Positions 1 to 8,748 of a stretch of 36,435 bases of DNA are shown one piece after another (within the stretch, counting starts at the first letter, position 1; every line of letters begins with the position of its first letter). Made by a program: the position numbers and the translations under genes. Location of the stretch: positions 1 through 36,435 of the forward strand of contig RCNQ01000060.1 of the NCBI GenBank assembly GCA_003731675.1, read 5' to 3'. Below the pieces are notes generated by a model. The model had not been told where the DNA came from. It did no database searches and saw nothing but the letters and a program-made list of their open reading frames with translations. Source of the stretch: Bacteroidetes/Chlorobi group bacterium ChocPot_Mid. GTDB lineage: Bacteria; Bacteroidota; Ignavibacteria; Kapaibacteriales; UBA2268.

Positions 1-771
1 AGTGATGAATTGAATTACAATGTTTTGCATAATCAAATAATTAAAACGACGCTTAATAATCTACTGCATATTAATGAACTTGACAAAACCATCCGAGAAA
101 ATTTGAGAGAATCATACAAAAAGATGAATGAGATTGATTTAATCAAAATTGAAAATAAGCATTTCGGTACAGTCCAGCTAAACAGGAATAATCGTTTCTA
201 TGATTTTTTGATGAAGATATGTGAATTGATACATTATAACCTTGAGATTGATGAATCCTCTGGAAATTATAGATTCATTGATTTTATAAGACACGAGCGA
301 AAGATGGCTACACTATTTGAATCTTTCGTAAGGAATTTTTACAGAATTGAATTGCCTATTCATGATCCAAAAGCAATAATAAAAAGAGAAGATATCTATT
401 GGGTAAATGAATGTAATAATAGAGTTCAGAATTCTTATTTTCCTGAAATGGAGACTGATGTAAGTATAATACTGGAAAATAGAAAAATAATTATAGAAAC
501 AAAGTACTATCCGAAAACTTTGGTGGAACATTATGATAAAAAGAAGATAAGAATAGACCATATAAGACAGTTATATGCGTATTTAAAAAATTCTGAAACA
601 AATTCTGATGATTCCTACAATACTGAAGGAATTTTGTTGTATCCCGAAACAGAAGAAAAGATTGATACAGTTGAAAATATATCAGGACATATATTTAAAA
701 TTAGAACAATAAACCTCAATCAAAACTGGAGAAAAATCCATGAGGATTTAATCAATATGGTTTTAAATTAA
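1..771 (+). CDS. mcrC: McrC-like subunit of a McrBC-type modification-dependent restriction system, C-terminal part (5' end lies outside the window)
   Basis: The frame is open from nt 1, so the TTG at 10 is not a real start. McrC-like motifs are present in order: MATLFESFVRNFY, then a PD-(D/E)xK-type core (METDVSI ... IIETKYY, i.e. D..ExK), then DHIRQLYAYL. Recognition is from memory of McrC family alignments. Confidence 0.7.
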   Translation, partial: SDELNYNVLHNQIIKTTLNNLLHINELDKTIRENLRESYKKMNEIDLIKIENKHFGTVQLNRNNRFYDFLMKICELIHYNLEIDESSGNYRFIDFIRHERKMATLFESFVRNFYRIELPIHDPKAIIKREDIYWVNECNNRVQNSYFPEMETDVSIILENRKIIIETKYYPKTLVEHYDKKKIRIDHIRQLYAYLKNSETNSDDSYNTEGILLYPETEEKIDTVENISGHIFKIRTINLNQNWRKIHEDLINMVLN

Positions 772-834
772 TTTTTCTATTCTGTCAGTTTTTCATGAGA
801 CACTAAAAATCAGATTAATCAGATTAATCGGTGG

Positions 835-1743
835 TTAAGACTTTGAGGTGATGTCTTTGAGTGCTTCTTTGATATGAGTAAATTTGAAAACGAAACCGTT
901 ATCAATAGCTTTTTGGGGTATTGCTCTTTGTCCTGCTAAAACTATTACCGATGATTCACCAAGTAAAATTCTTAAAATCAGGGAGGGAACTTTGAAAAAA
1001 GAGGGTCGTTTCAATACTTTACCAAGTACTTTTGCAAATTCGTTCATCTTTACCGGATTTGGTGCAGTAAAATTTACGGGTCCTTTTATACTTTCATTTT
1101 CCATTACCCATCTGTATAGTCTTACTGTATCTTCAATGTGAATCCATGGCATCCATTGATTACCTGAGCCCAAAGGTCCACCAATAAATAATTTAAACGG
1201 CAGTAACATCTTTGCTAATGCACCTCCTTTTTTGTCGAGCACAATACCTGTTCTTGCAGTTACCACACGACATTTTCCCCAAAGCTTGAAAGCTTCCTCT
1301 TCCCACTTTTTACATACTTCAGCGAGGAAATTTTTTCCGGGTTGTGACTTTTCAGTAATCACAGTATCGCCTTCATCATTGTAAATACCTACAGCAGAGG
1401 CATTTACGAAAACCTTCGGAATGTTGGAGGATTTGTTGACAGCTTCGACTAAGGCATTTGTGGTTTTAGTCCTGCTTTCAAGAATAATTTTCTTGTAAGA
1501 TTGACTCCATCTTTTAGAGGCGATTGAAGCACCTGATAAGTTGATAACAGCGAAACTGCCATCAATAGCATTTTGAAAATCATCAGAATTAAACAGGACA
1601 TGTTCTTGGGCATGTGGAAGAATTTTTCTGGACTTTTTCAAATCACGAGATAAAGAAACAACAAAATACCCTTCGTCAGCCAACAATTTTACGAGCCGTT
1701 TACCGATTAATCCAGAAGCTCCTGCAATACAAATTTTTTTCAT
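835..1743 (-). CDS. YfcH/TIGR01777-type NAD-dependent epimerase family protein (SDR39U1-like, C-terminal DUF1731)
   Basis: N-terminal Rossmann motif MKKICIAGASGLIGKRL. C-terminal segment LLGESSVIVLAGQRAIPQKAIDNGFVFKF is typical of the YfcH family. I start at the ATG at 1743 (MKKICIAG) rather than the longer ORF start at 1776. Confidence 0.8.
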   Translation of the reverse strand: MKKICIAGASGLIGKRLVKLLADEGYFVVSLSRDLKKSRKILPHAQEHVLFNSDDFQNAIDGSFAVINLSGASIASKRWSQSYKKIILESRTKTTNALVEAVNKSSNIPKVFVNASAVGIYNDEGDTVITEKSQPGKNFLAEVCKKWEEEAFKLWGKCRVVTARTGIVLDKKGGALAKMLLPFKLFIGGPLGSGNQWMPWIHIEDTVRLYRWVMENESIKGPVNFTAPNPVKMNEFAKVLGKVLKRPSFFKVPSLILRILLGESSVIVLAGQRAIPQKAIDNGFVFKFTHIKEALKDITSKS

Positions 1744-1837
1744 ATTAATCAAAAAAAATGAGCGATGAAAATTCAATCGCTCAAATTACAAAAAATATTT
1801 TAAAAAGTGTCAGCTTTTTACTAACAGCTTTCTGATT

Positions 1838-2284
1838 TTACTCTTCACTGATAACCCAAATCTTGAGATTAGCAGTAATATCGGTGTGAAGTCTGACTTT
1901 AACATCGAAAACGCCTAATGTTTTGATAGCATCTTCAATAATAATTTGTCGTTTATCTATTTCGTATCCACGCAATTCAAGTTCCTGAGCTATCATTTGT
2001 GAAGTAACAGAACCATAGAGGCGACCTTCTTCTCCAACCTTCATAGGAATACTGATTTGTAAATCTGCGATTTGAGCAGAAATTTTCTCAGCATCGGCTT
2101 TTTCGAAAGCACGGATTTTTTCAAATTGTTTTTTCTCTAACTCAAAAATTCTCAGGGCGTTTGGTGTTGCATGGTATGCAAGCTCTCTTGGAATTAGATA
2201 ATTGCGAGCATATCCGGGCTTAACGTTAACAATTGAACCCATTTGCCCAAGATTATCAACATCTTGTCTTAATATTACTTTCAT
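1838..2284 (-). CDS. rplI: 50S ribosomal protein L9
   Basis: MKVILRQDVDNLGQMGSIVNVKPGYARNYLIPRELA is the canonical L9 N-terminus. The ORF also allows an ATG at 2296 (MANSMKV...); I chose MKVIL by family consensus. Confidence 0.92.
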   Translation of the reverse strand: MKVILRQDVDNLGQMGSIVNVKPGYARNYLIPRELAYHATPNALRIFELEKKQFEKIRAFEKADAEKISAQIADLQISIPMKVGEEGRLYGSVTSQMIAQELELRGYEIDKRQIIIEDAIKTLGVFDVKVRLHTDITANLKIWVISEE

Positions 2285-2350
2285 AGAATTTGCCATTTAT
2301 AAATTTAATAATATTCTTAATTTTAAATACTTAATTAATCCGTTGGGATA

Positions 2351-2788
2351 TTAAGCATCAACAGCTTCTTTTTCAGTCTGAACGACATCTTGCTTAGGTT
2401 CGATTTTGATACCCTGACCAGCCGCTTCTTCAAGACTTCTTGCTAATCTTTCTTGTTGTTCAGCTGCTCTTTTAACTCTGAACTCACGTAACTTAGTAGA
2501 AAGTTGCAAAGTTAAATGCCTCAAAACGGTATCTTCAAGCACCATAAATCTTTCCAAAATAGGAATAGTGTTGCTGTTAGCATCAAAAATCATATGCACA
2601 TAATAGCCGTTATACTTTTTGTTAATCGGATAAGCAAGGCGCCTTCTACCCCATTTGTTGATTTCCTGCACCTGACCACCATGATTTTCAATATAACCGG
2701 CAACCTTCGAAATAACAGTTTCAATGTCGTTATCTTCAAGTGCTGCGTTGATTATAAATGTCGTTTCATAAAGACGACGTTCACTCAT
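2351..2788 (-). CDS. rpsF: 30S ribosomal protein S6
   Basis: RLYETTFIINAAL ... WGRRRLAYPINK ... GYYVHM are S6 signatures. An SD (AGGTGA) lies 4 nt upstream of the ATG on the minus strand. Confidence 0.92.
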   Translation of the reverse strand: MSERRLYETTFIINAALEDNDIETVISKVAGYIENHGGQVQEINKWGRRRLAYPINKKYNGYYVHMIFDANSNTIPILERFMVLEDTVLRHLTLQLSTKLREFRVKRAAEQQERLARSLEEAAGQGIKIEPKQDVVQTEKEAVDA

Positions 2789-3074
2789 ATTATCACCTAT
2801 ATAGTTATAAAACTAACTTCTACATTACATTTTTGTGAAGTTACTCATCAAAGAACTACAAATTTATTGTTTTTTCTGAAATTAGCCAAATATTATTTCA
2901 TTATTTTTAAAATTATTTTTAATAATTATAAGATTTAGGTAATTTTATTAGAAATCTTTTGAAAAATTGATATTTTTGGGTTATTTGAAAAATTAAAATT
3001 GCTATTTTAATATTTTATGATAAATTTTCTTTATGTGAAGAGAGACTTATTGATAATGTAACTTAATAAATGAA

Positions 3075-5201
3075 ATGAGAAGAACAGTTTCAAATACTTA
3101 TCTTGTTTTTTCTTTAGGACTTACTTCTGTTATCTTTCAGATAATAATTCTCAGGGAATTGCTTTCTGTCGTCAATGGTAATGAGCTTTCAGTAGGAATT
3201 TTTCTGTCAATATGGTTGTTGTTAACAGGTCTGGGGGCTAAAGCTTCAGTTTTAATTAAGATAACAGAGACCAAAAAAATTATCGGCATTTTTCTCATTT
3301 TTACGATTCTTCCATTTTTCTCAATAATTTGTTTCAGGGTATTGTGGTATTCAATTTTTATCCCTGGTGAGATGATTGGTATTGTTCCGTTATCCTTTGT
3401 CATGTTGTTTTTATTATTACCATTCACCTTTATTTCAGGTGCATTATTTACACAGCTAAGTTCATGTAATAATGAAAAAACAAGGATAGGATACAACTAT
3501 TCGATTGAAACTTTTAGCAGTATGTTAGGTTCTATTCTGGCAGGATTAATATTAGTCTATTACTTCAATTCACTGCAGATTATCATTCTTGTAACGATTG
3601 CTAATTTGTTGCTGTTAATTTATTATTCATTCATAAATGATAAGCAATTTTACTCTATAATTTGTTGCTTTCTGCTTTCTGGTTACATAAGTTTATTTCT
3701 TCATGATATTGACCTTGATACAAAAAACTTTCTTTTTCCCGGGCAAAAACTTATTGAACATCGGGATACGCCTTATGGAAATGTGGCAATCACAAGGACA
3801 GGAAACCAGCTAAATATGTTCGAATCCGGGATTTTATCTGCTTCCAGTAATAATATAATAAATAATGAGGAAACTGTACATTTTGCAATGGTTCAGCATC
3901 CGAATCCCAAAAAAATACTGATAATGGGAAATGCTGTTTTTGGAATTATTGATGAAATTTTGAAATATAAACCTGATATTCTTGATATTATTGAACAAAA
4001 TGAATATCTCAATGAAATTGATAAAAAATATTATAATTCCAGTAAAAAAAATTCTGATGTTGTTAATTTTATCTTTAATGACCCCAGATTATTTCTTTCA
4101 AAAGAGATGAGGCAATATGATGTTATCATATTAAATACACCTGCTCCTATTACAGCACAATTGAACAGACTTTATACCACAGAATTTTTTCAGCTATTAA
4201 AAAAGCATTTGACTTACAAAGGAGTCATTTCTCTTAAAATGCCTGCAACTGAAAATTATATAGGAAAAAATTCTGTTGTTTCACAATCAATCATCTATAA
4301 CACTTTGAAAAATGTTTTCAAAAAAGTTATAATTATACCGTCTTCTTCCAATCATTTTTTTGCATCTGATTACAATCTTACTTACAGTATAGCAAAGGAA
4401 ACTGAATCAAGAGGTATCGAAACAAAATATGTCAATAAATTTTATCTGAATGAATTCTCTATTCTTCAAAGGGCTGATTTCATTATTGCATCTTTGGACA
4501 GCAATGCTGAAATCAATACTGATTTCAAACCCGTTGCTTTTTATTCAAACATTGATTACTTTTTAAGCTATTTTGAAACAAATAAAATCTGGATAATCAT
4601 AGCACTGCTGATAGTTTTTCTTGCGATTATCATTAGGTTGAACATATCCGATTTTATTATGTTTTCGACAGGATATGCTTTAATGCTATCGGAAATAATT
4701 CTAATTTTCAGTTTCCAGATACTTTTCGGGAATTTATATCAGATTATCGGAATTATTTTTGCACTTTTTATGCTTGGAATGTCATGTGGTGCTATGTTTA
4801 TTCATAGAAAAAGTAATAAACTAAAATTTCTTACTCAAAGAAAGTCAATCAGCTTAATGCTTTTTTTATTTGCTGTAATGCTTACTGTACTGCCATTTAT
4901 AAAAACAATTGCATATTTATTATTGAATGAGTATCTTATTTATACGGTTTTATTTGCGTTGATATTTGTCATCTCATTTTTAGCTGGAGGACTTTTTACT
5001 AATTTATCTTTACAATACGAAAAAGACAATTCGATAATAGTCGCAAGACTTTACAGTTCGGATATGTTCGGTTCAGCTTTTGGGGCAATATTGCCGTCTT
5101 GCTTCCTGCTTCCAGTGTTAGGCATTGAACTGACAAGCTTAACAGGAATTGCTCTGATGCTCATCTGTCTTTTTCTTTTCGTTGTTAAGAAAGCTAATTA
5201 A
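3075..5201 (+). CDS. Polytopic membrane protein with a central spermidine-synthase-like domain (fused MFS/spermidine synthase type)
   Basis: Hydrophobic multi-TM blocks at both ends flank a soluble segment with aminopropyltransferase-like motifs: TPYGNVAITRTGN, the glycine-rich ILIMGNAVFG, and DVIILNTPAP. Confidence 0.65.
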   Translation: MRRTVSNTYLVFSLGLTSVIFQIIILRELLSVVNGNELSVGIFLSIWLLLTGLGAKASVLIKITETKKIIGIFLIFTILPFFSIICFRVLWYSIFIPGEMIGIVPLSFVMLFLLLPFTFISGALFTQLSSCNNEKTRIGYNYSIETFSSMLGSILAGLILVYYFNSLQIIILVTIANLLLLIYYSFINDKQFYSIICCFLLSGYISLFLHDIDLDTKNFLFPGQKLIEHRDTPYGNVAITRTGNQLNMFESGILSASSNNIINNEETVHFAMVQHPNPKKILIMGNAVFGIIDEILKYKPDILDIIEQNEYLNEIDKKYYNSSKKNSDVVNFIFNDPRLFLSKEMRQYDVIILNTPAPITAQLNRLYTTEFFQLLKKHLTYKGVISLKMPATENYIGKNSVVSQSIIYNTLKNVFKKVIIIPSSSNHFFASDYNLTYSIAKETESRGIETKYVNKFYLNEFSILQRADFIIASLDSNAEINTDFKPVAFYSNIDYFLSYFETNKIWIIIALLIVFLAIIIRLNISDFIMFSTGYALMLSEIILIFSFQILFGNLYQIIGIIFALFMLGMSCGAMFIHRKSNKLKFLTQRKSISLMLFLFAVMLTVLPFIKTIAYLLLNEYLIYTVLFALIFVISFLAGGLFTNLSLQYEKDNSIIVARLYSSDMFGSAFGAILPSCFLLPVLGIELTSLTGIALMLICLFLFVVKKAN

Positions 5202-5270
5202 ATAATAAAAACTTAAAACTTTATAATTTCCGTCTCTAACTCGAATTAATTTTTTAATTTGAAATTTAAT

Positions 5271-6350
5271 ATGAGTCAGGAACTTAATTCATACTTTGAA
5301 CCAAAAGACCAGCAAAGGAAGAAACATTCTGTTTACTTTCACATATTTCTTTTTTTGGCTACATTTCTTACGACAACAATAGCTGGTGTGCAGTGGGCGG
5401 GGGAAGATTTTACACATTTGGAAAACATAGCTTATGGGCTAACTTATGGAATTTTGATGATGCTGTTTTTTTTCTCCCATGAGTTTGGACATTATTTTGC
5501 GGCAAGATATCATAAAATCGATGCAACATTGCCATATTTCATACCTTTCCCACCTGCACCCGGGTTGATAGGACTATTCGGAACTTTCGGAGCAGTAATA
5601 CGGACAAGGTCACCTATTTTAACGAGAAAGGCATTGTTTGATATTGGAGTAGCAGGTCCTATCGGTGGATTTATAATGTCTTTGATATTCTTGATATATG
5701 GCTTAATGACATTGCCAACAATTGATTTTATTTATCAAATTCATCCTAATTATTTGGTATTTAACAATGGGGATATACCTGTTCAAGGGTTGTTTTACGG
5801 AGACACGCTATTGTATTCAATTTTGAGTAGTGTCTTTGCAAATCCAAATGGTTTTTTACCACCGATGAATGAAATATACCATTATCCTTTTTTGAATGTG
5901 GGTTGGTTTGGTTTGTTCGTCACGACATTAAACATGATGCCGATAGGTCAGCTTGATGGGGGGCATATCGCTTATGCCATGTTCGGAAGAAAGATTCAGG
6001 GCAAAATAGCAAAGATTTTTTGGTGGCTGATTATGATAATGGGTGCTTTTGGTGTCCTCAATATCATTCATGAAACTCTTGAATTAGAGCATATTGGGAC
6101 ATCATATTATTTCTTGAAACAAATTTTTTTTCCAGCACTGGATTTCATCAAAGTAAATGCACCATTTCTATACAAATCTTGGACTGGCTGGCTTTTTTGG
6201 GGTGTTATTACCAGACTATTTATTAAACTTGACCATCCACCAATAAGAGATGACGAGCCATTGAGCAGAAATCGGATGATTGTTGGTTGGATTTCGATAA
6301 TAATATTATTTCTTTCATTCTCATACAATGGTTTATATTTTATTGAATAA
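5271..6350 (+). CDS. Site-2 protease family (peptidase M50) intramembrane metalloprotease
   Basis: HEFGHYFAARYH (HExxH inside a TM segment) plus NMMPIGQLDGGH (the NxxPxxxLDG motif of M50). ATG at 5271; the ORF track begins at a TTG at 5259. Confidence 0.85.
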   Translation: MSQELNSYFEPKDQQRKKHSVYFHIFLFLATFLTTTIAGVQWAGEDFTHLENIAYGLTYGILMMLFFFSHEFGHYFAARYHKIDATLPYFIPFPPAPGLIGLFGTFGAVIRTRSPILTRKALFDIGVAGPIGGFIMSLIFLIYGLMTLPTIDFIYQIHPNYLVFNNGDIPVQGLFYGDTLLYSILSSVFANPNGFLPPMNEIYHYPFLNVGWFGLFVTTLNMMPIGQLDGGHIAYAMFGRKIQGKIAKIFWWLIMIMGAFGVLNIIHETLELEHIGTSYYFLKQIFFPALDFIKVNAPFLYKSWTGWLFWGVITRLFIKLDHPPIRDDEPLSRNRMIVGWISIIILFLSFSYNGLYFIE

Positions 6351-6355
6351 TTATA

Positions 6356-7870
6356 CTACTTAGGGACTGCCCATAAAGGGAACTGATTCGGATTGATGCC
6401 GAGCATGAAGTCTCCAAGGTAATAAAACAGCACAGATACCAAAATTACTCCAATAATATCCAATAACAGACCGGTTTTAAACATCTGTCTTATCGTTACT
6501 TTTCCTGAACTAAATACAATTGCATTTGGTGGGGTACTTACCGGTAGCATAAAAGCTAATGAAGCAGACAAAGTTGCAGGTATCATTAAAAGCATCGGAT
6601 TTAGCTTCATTGCAAGTGATAATGCGGCAAGTATGGGCAACATTGTTTGAGTTATTGCAGTGTTAGATGTAAATTCTGTCAATACAGCCATAGTTATACT
6701 AATAATCATTATCATTAACAAAGGTGGCAGTCCTTTGATTATTTCCAATTGATTACAAATCATTTGGGACAAACCAGATGACTGAAATCCAGAAGCAAGA
6801 GCAAAGCCACCACCAAAAAGCAAAATTATCTCCCAAGGCAATTTACCGAATGCATCCAGATTCAGTAATCTTTTACTCTTAAAATTCTTCGATGGTATAA
6901 CGAAAAGAATAAGGGACATAAAAATTGCTACTGTCGAATCATCAACGAACTTGTTATTGCCGAGGATACTCGACCATCCGCTAAGTGTTGCAAAACCAAA
7001 ATTCAAATCTGTCCGAAAAATCCATAACAATGCAGTCAAGACAAATACAACCAATACCACCCACTCTTCATAACTGGTTTTTCCTAGTGTCAAAAATTCA
7101 TCTTTGACCATGCTTTTGCTAATCACTGCATTATTCTTAACTCTGTAAAGTATTTTAGTCATCAAAACCCATGCAACCAGCAACATAATTACGGTTATTG
7201 GCAGAACAAGCAAAGTCCACATACCAAAACTGATTTGGGGTGCATCAGGAAAACTTATCTGAAATATTCTTACAAAAGCAAGGTTAGGTGGTGTGCCGAC
7301 CAAAGTAGCAATTCCTCCCAAAGATGCACCATAAGCAATGCTTAGCATAATAGATACGGCAAATTTGTCGGCATCTTTACCAGCATGCAACTGATTCATC
7401 TTAGTTACAACTGATAATCCAATCGGTAACATCATCAGAGCTGTTGCAGTATTGGAAATAAACATTGATAAAAAAGCTGATGCAATCAAAAATCCAAGTA
7501 CTATTCCCGAACTCCCTGAACCTAAAAACATAATTATAAGCAAAGCAATTCTTCTATGCAAATTCCAGCTTTCCATTGCAATGGCAATTAAAAATCCTCC
7601 GACAAATAGGAAAATTGTATTATTGAAATACTCAGATGCAACAGAACCAGCTTCGGAAATTCCCAATAAAGGGAAAAGAACAATCGGTAACAAAGAAGTA
7701 GCTCCCAACGGTATTGCTTCACTAACCCATAGAACAGCCATCATAATAGCTACCCCAGTCATTTTCATAGCGAGTGAATCGGTACTGCTATTACTTATAA
7801 AGATGAAAAACATTAAGAATAGTATTGCAAGAATTAATGCTATACTTTTACCTGTTTTATTTTCGCTCAT
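6356..7870 (-). CDS. DASS/SLC13 family sodium-coupled anion (di/tricarboxylate or sulfate) symporter
   Basis: Highly hydrophobic, 504 aa. Duplicated hairpin motifs SNTATALMMLPI and SNTAITQTMLPI, plus PVSTPPNAIVF, are typical of the DASS family. Confidence 0.85.
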   Translation of the reverse strand: MSENKTGKSIALILAILFLMFFIFISNSSTDSLAMKMTGVAIMMAVLWVSEAIPLGATSLLPIVLFPLLGISEAGSVASEYFNNTIFLFVGGFLIAIAMESWNLHRRIALLIIMFLGSGSSGIVLGFLIASAFLSMFISNTATALMMLPIGLSVVTKMNQLHAGKDADKFAVSIMLSIAYGASLGGIATLVGTPPNLAFVRIFQISFPDAPQISFGMWTLLVLPITVIMLLVAWVLMTKILYRVKNNAVISKSMVKDEFLTLGKTSYEEWVVLVVFVLTALLWIFRTDLNFGFATLSGWSSILGNNKFVDDSTVAIFMSLILFVIPSKNFKSKRLLNLDAFGKLPWEIILLFGGGFALASGFQSSGLSQMICNQLEIIKGLPPLLMIMIISITMAVLTEFTSNTAITQTMLPILAALSLAMKLNPMLLMIPATLSASLAFMLPVSTPPNAIVFSSGKVTIRQMFKTGLLLDIIGVILVSVLFYYLGDFMLGINPNQFPLWAVPK

Positions 7871-8099
7871 AATTTTATCAATATATAATAAATATTTTCA
7901 CAAATTACAAAAAATCTTATATTAGTTTCTTCTTGTTACCGAAAAATATCTTCAAAAATTATTTTTTTGAAACAAAAAAGACTATTGATTCGTAAAATGG
8001 AATAATAACAGTTCAAAAATATCATAATGTTGAGACTACGATAACTATAATGTTGAACTCATAATAAATTTGTAAAACATATATTATGAGGAAAATAAA

Positions 8100-8552
8100 A
8101 TGAAAAAGTTCAAAAATTTAAACACTATTTTACTATTTTCAATTTTTGTTTTATTAATTACATCATTTGCATGCAACGAAGCCAGCAGAACAAATGATAT
8201 GGTTGCTCCTGGATACGAGGATTGTGATTTTCTTTTACTTGCTAAAAAACACTCTTTGAATTGCTTCCCGGGAGAGAGCGGTAAATTCGATATATCAATT
8301 CTGCCCGGAAGCAAAATCACTACACCGATAAAACTTAGCATTGAAGCAGACCCTTGTTTAAAAGCTAAACTCAGCAAAACTGAAATAACTGAAGAAGACC
8401 TTAGTGCTTATATCAGCTTTTGTACCAGAACTACATTCAAAGACTGCAAATATACAATTATAGTTAAGGCAGATTACAACGGCAAGAAAATTCAAATACC
8501 GTTAAATCTTGAAGTGATTGGTTCGGATAAAGTAGTAAAAGAGCCTTGTTAA
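8100..8552 (+). CDS. Small hypothetical lipoprotein
   Basis: Signal peptide with a lipobox-like LLITSFAC. GAGGA lies about 9 nt upstream of the ATG. No family recognised. The overlapping minus-strand ORF (8084..8377) has no such signals. Confidence 0.6.
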   Translation: MKKFKNLNTILLFSIFVLLITSFACNEASRTNDMVAPGYEDCDFLLLAKKHSLNCFPGESGKFDISILPGSKITTPIKLSIEADPCLKAKLSKTEITEEDLSAYISFCTRTTFKDCKYTIIVKADYNGKKIQIPLNLEVIGSDKVVKEPC

Positions 8553-8584
8553 GAATACTTAGTTATTATAAGATAGTTACTGAT

Positions 8585-8623
8585 AGTAGAAAGTGGAAAG
8601 TGGAAAGTGGAAAGTATTCTACT
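8585..8623. repeat. 7-bp tandem repeat (AAGTGGA, about 3.6 copies, 8591-8615) enclosed by a 7-bp inverted repeat (AGTAGAA 8585-8591 / TTCTACT 8617-8623)
   Basis: Read directly: gatAGTAGAAagtggaaagtggaaagtggaaagtaTTCTACTgac. It lies between the convergent lipoprotein gene and recN. Confidence 0.85.
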
Positions 8624-8748
8624 GACTGTAAATTTATAAACTCTTCAAAATAATTTTCGATTTAATTACAGTATGTAATTTCGGAAGGAAAGATTCATTC
8701 AATAAAAAGTAGGATAACTCAGTGAACTTCAATTATCTAAATACAGGA

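Noticed and set aside
2516-2938. 140-aa plus-strand ORF overlapping rpsF, together with similar antisense ORFs at 7452..7925, 17576..18061, 3137..3496 and 20077..20514
   Set aside because: All lie antisense within confidently identified genes. They have low-complexity or hydrophobic translations typical of AT-rich antisense frames, and none has a recognisable motif.
8084-8377. 97-aa minus-strand ORF overlapping the lipoprotein gene
   Set aside because: The plus-strand ORF has an SD, a signal peptide and a lipobox. The minus-strand ORF has none of these and is fully embedded antisense.
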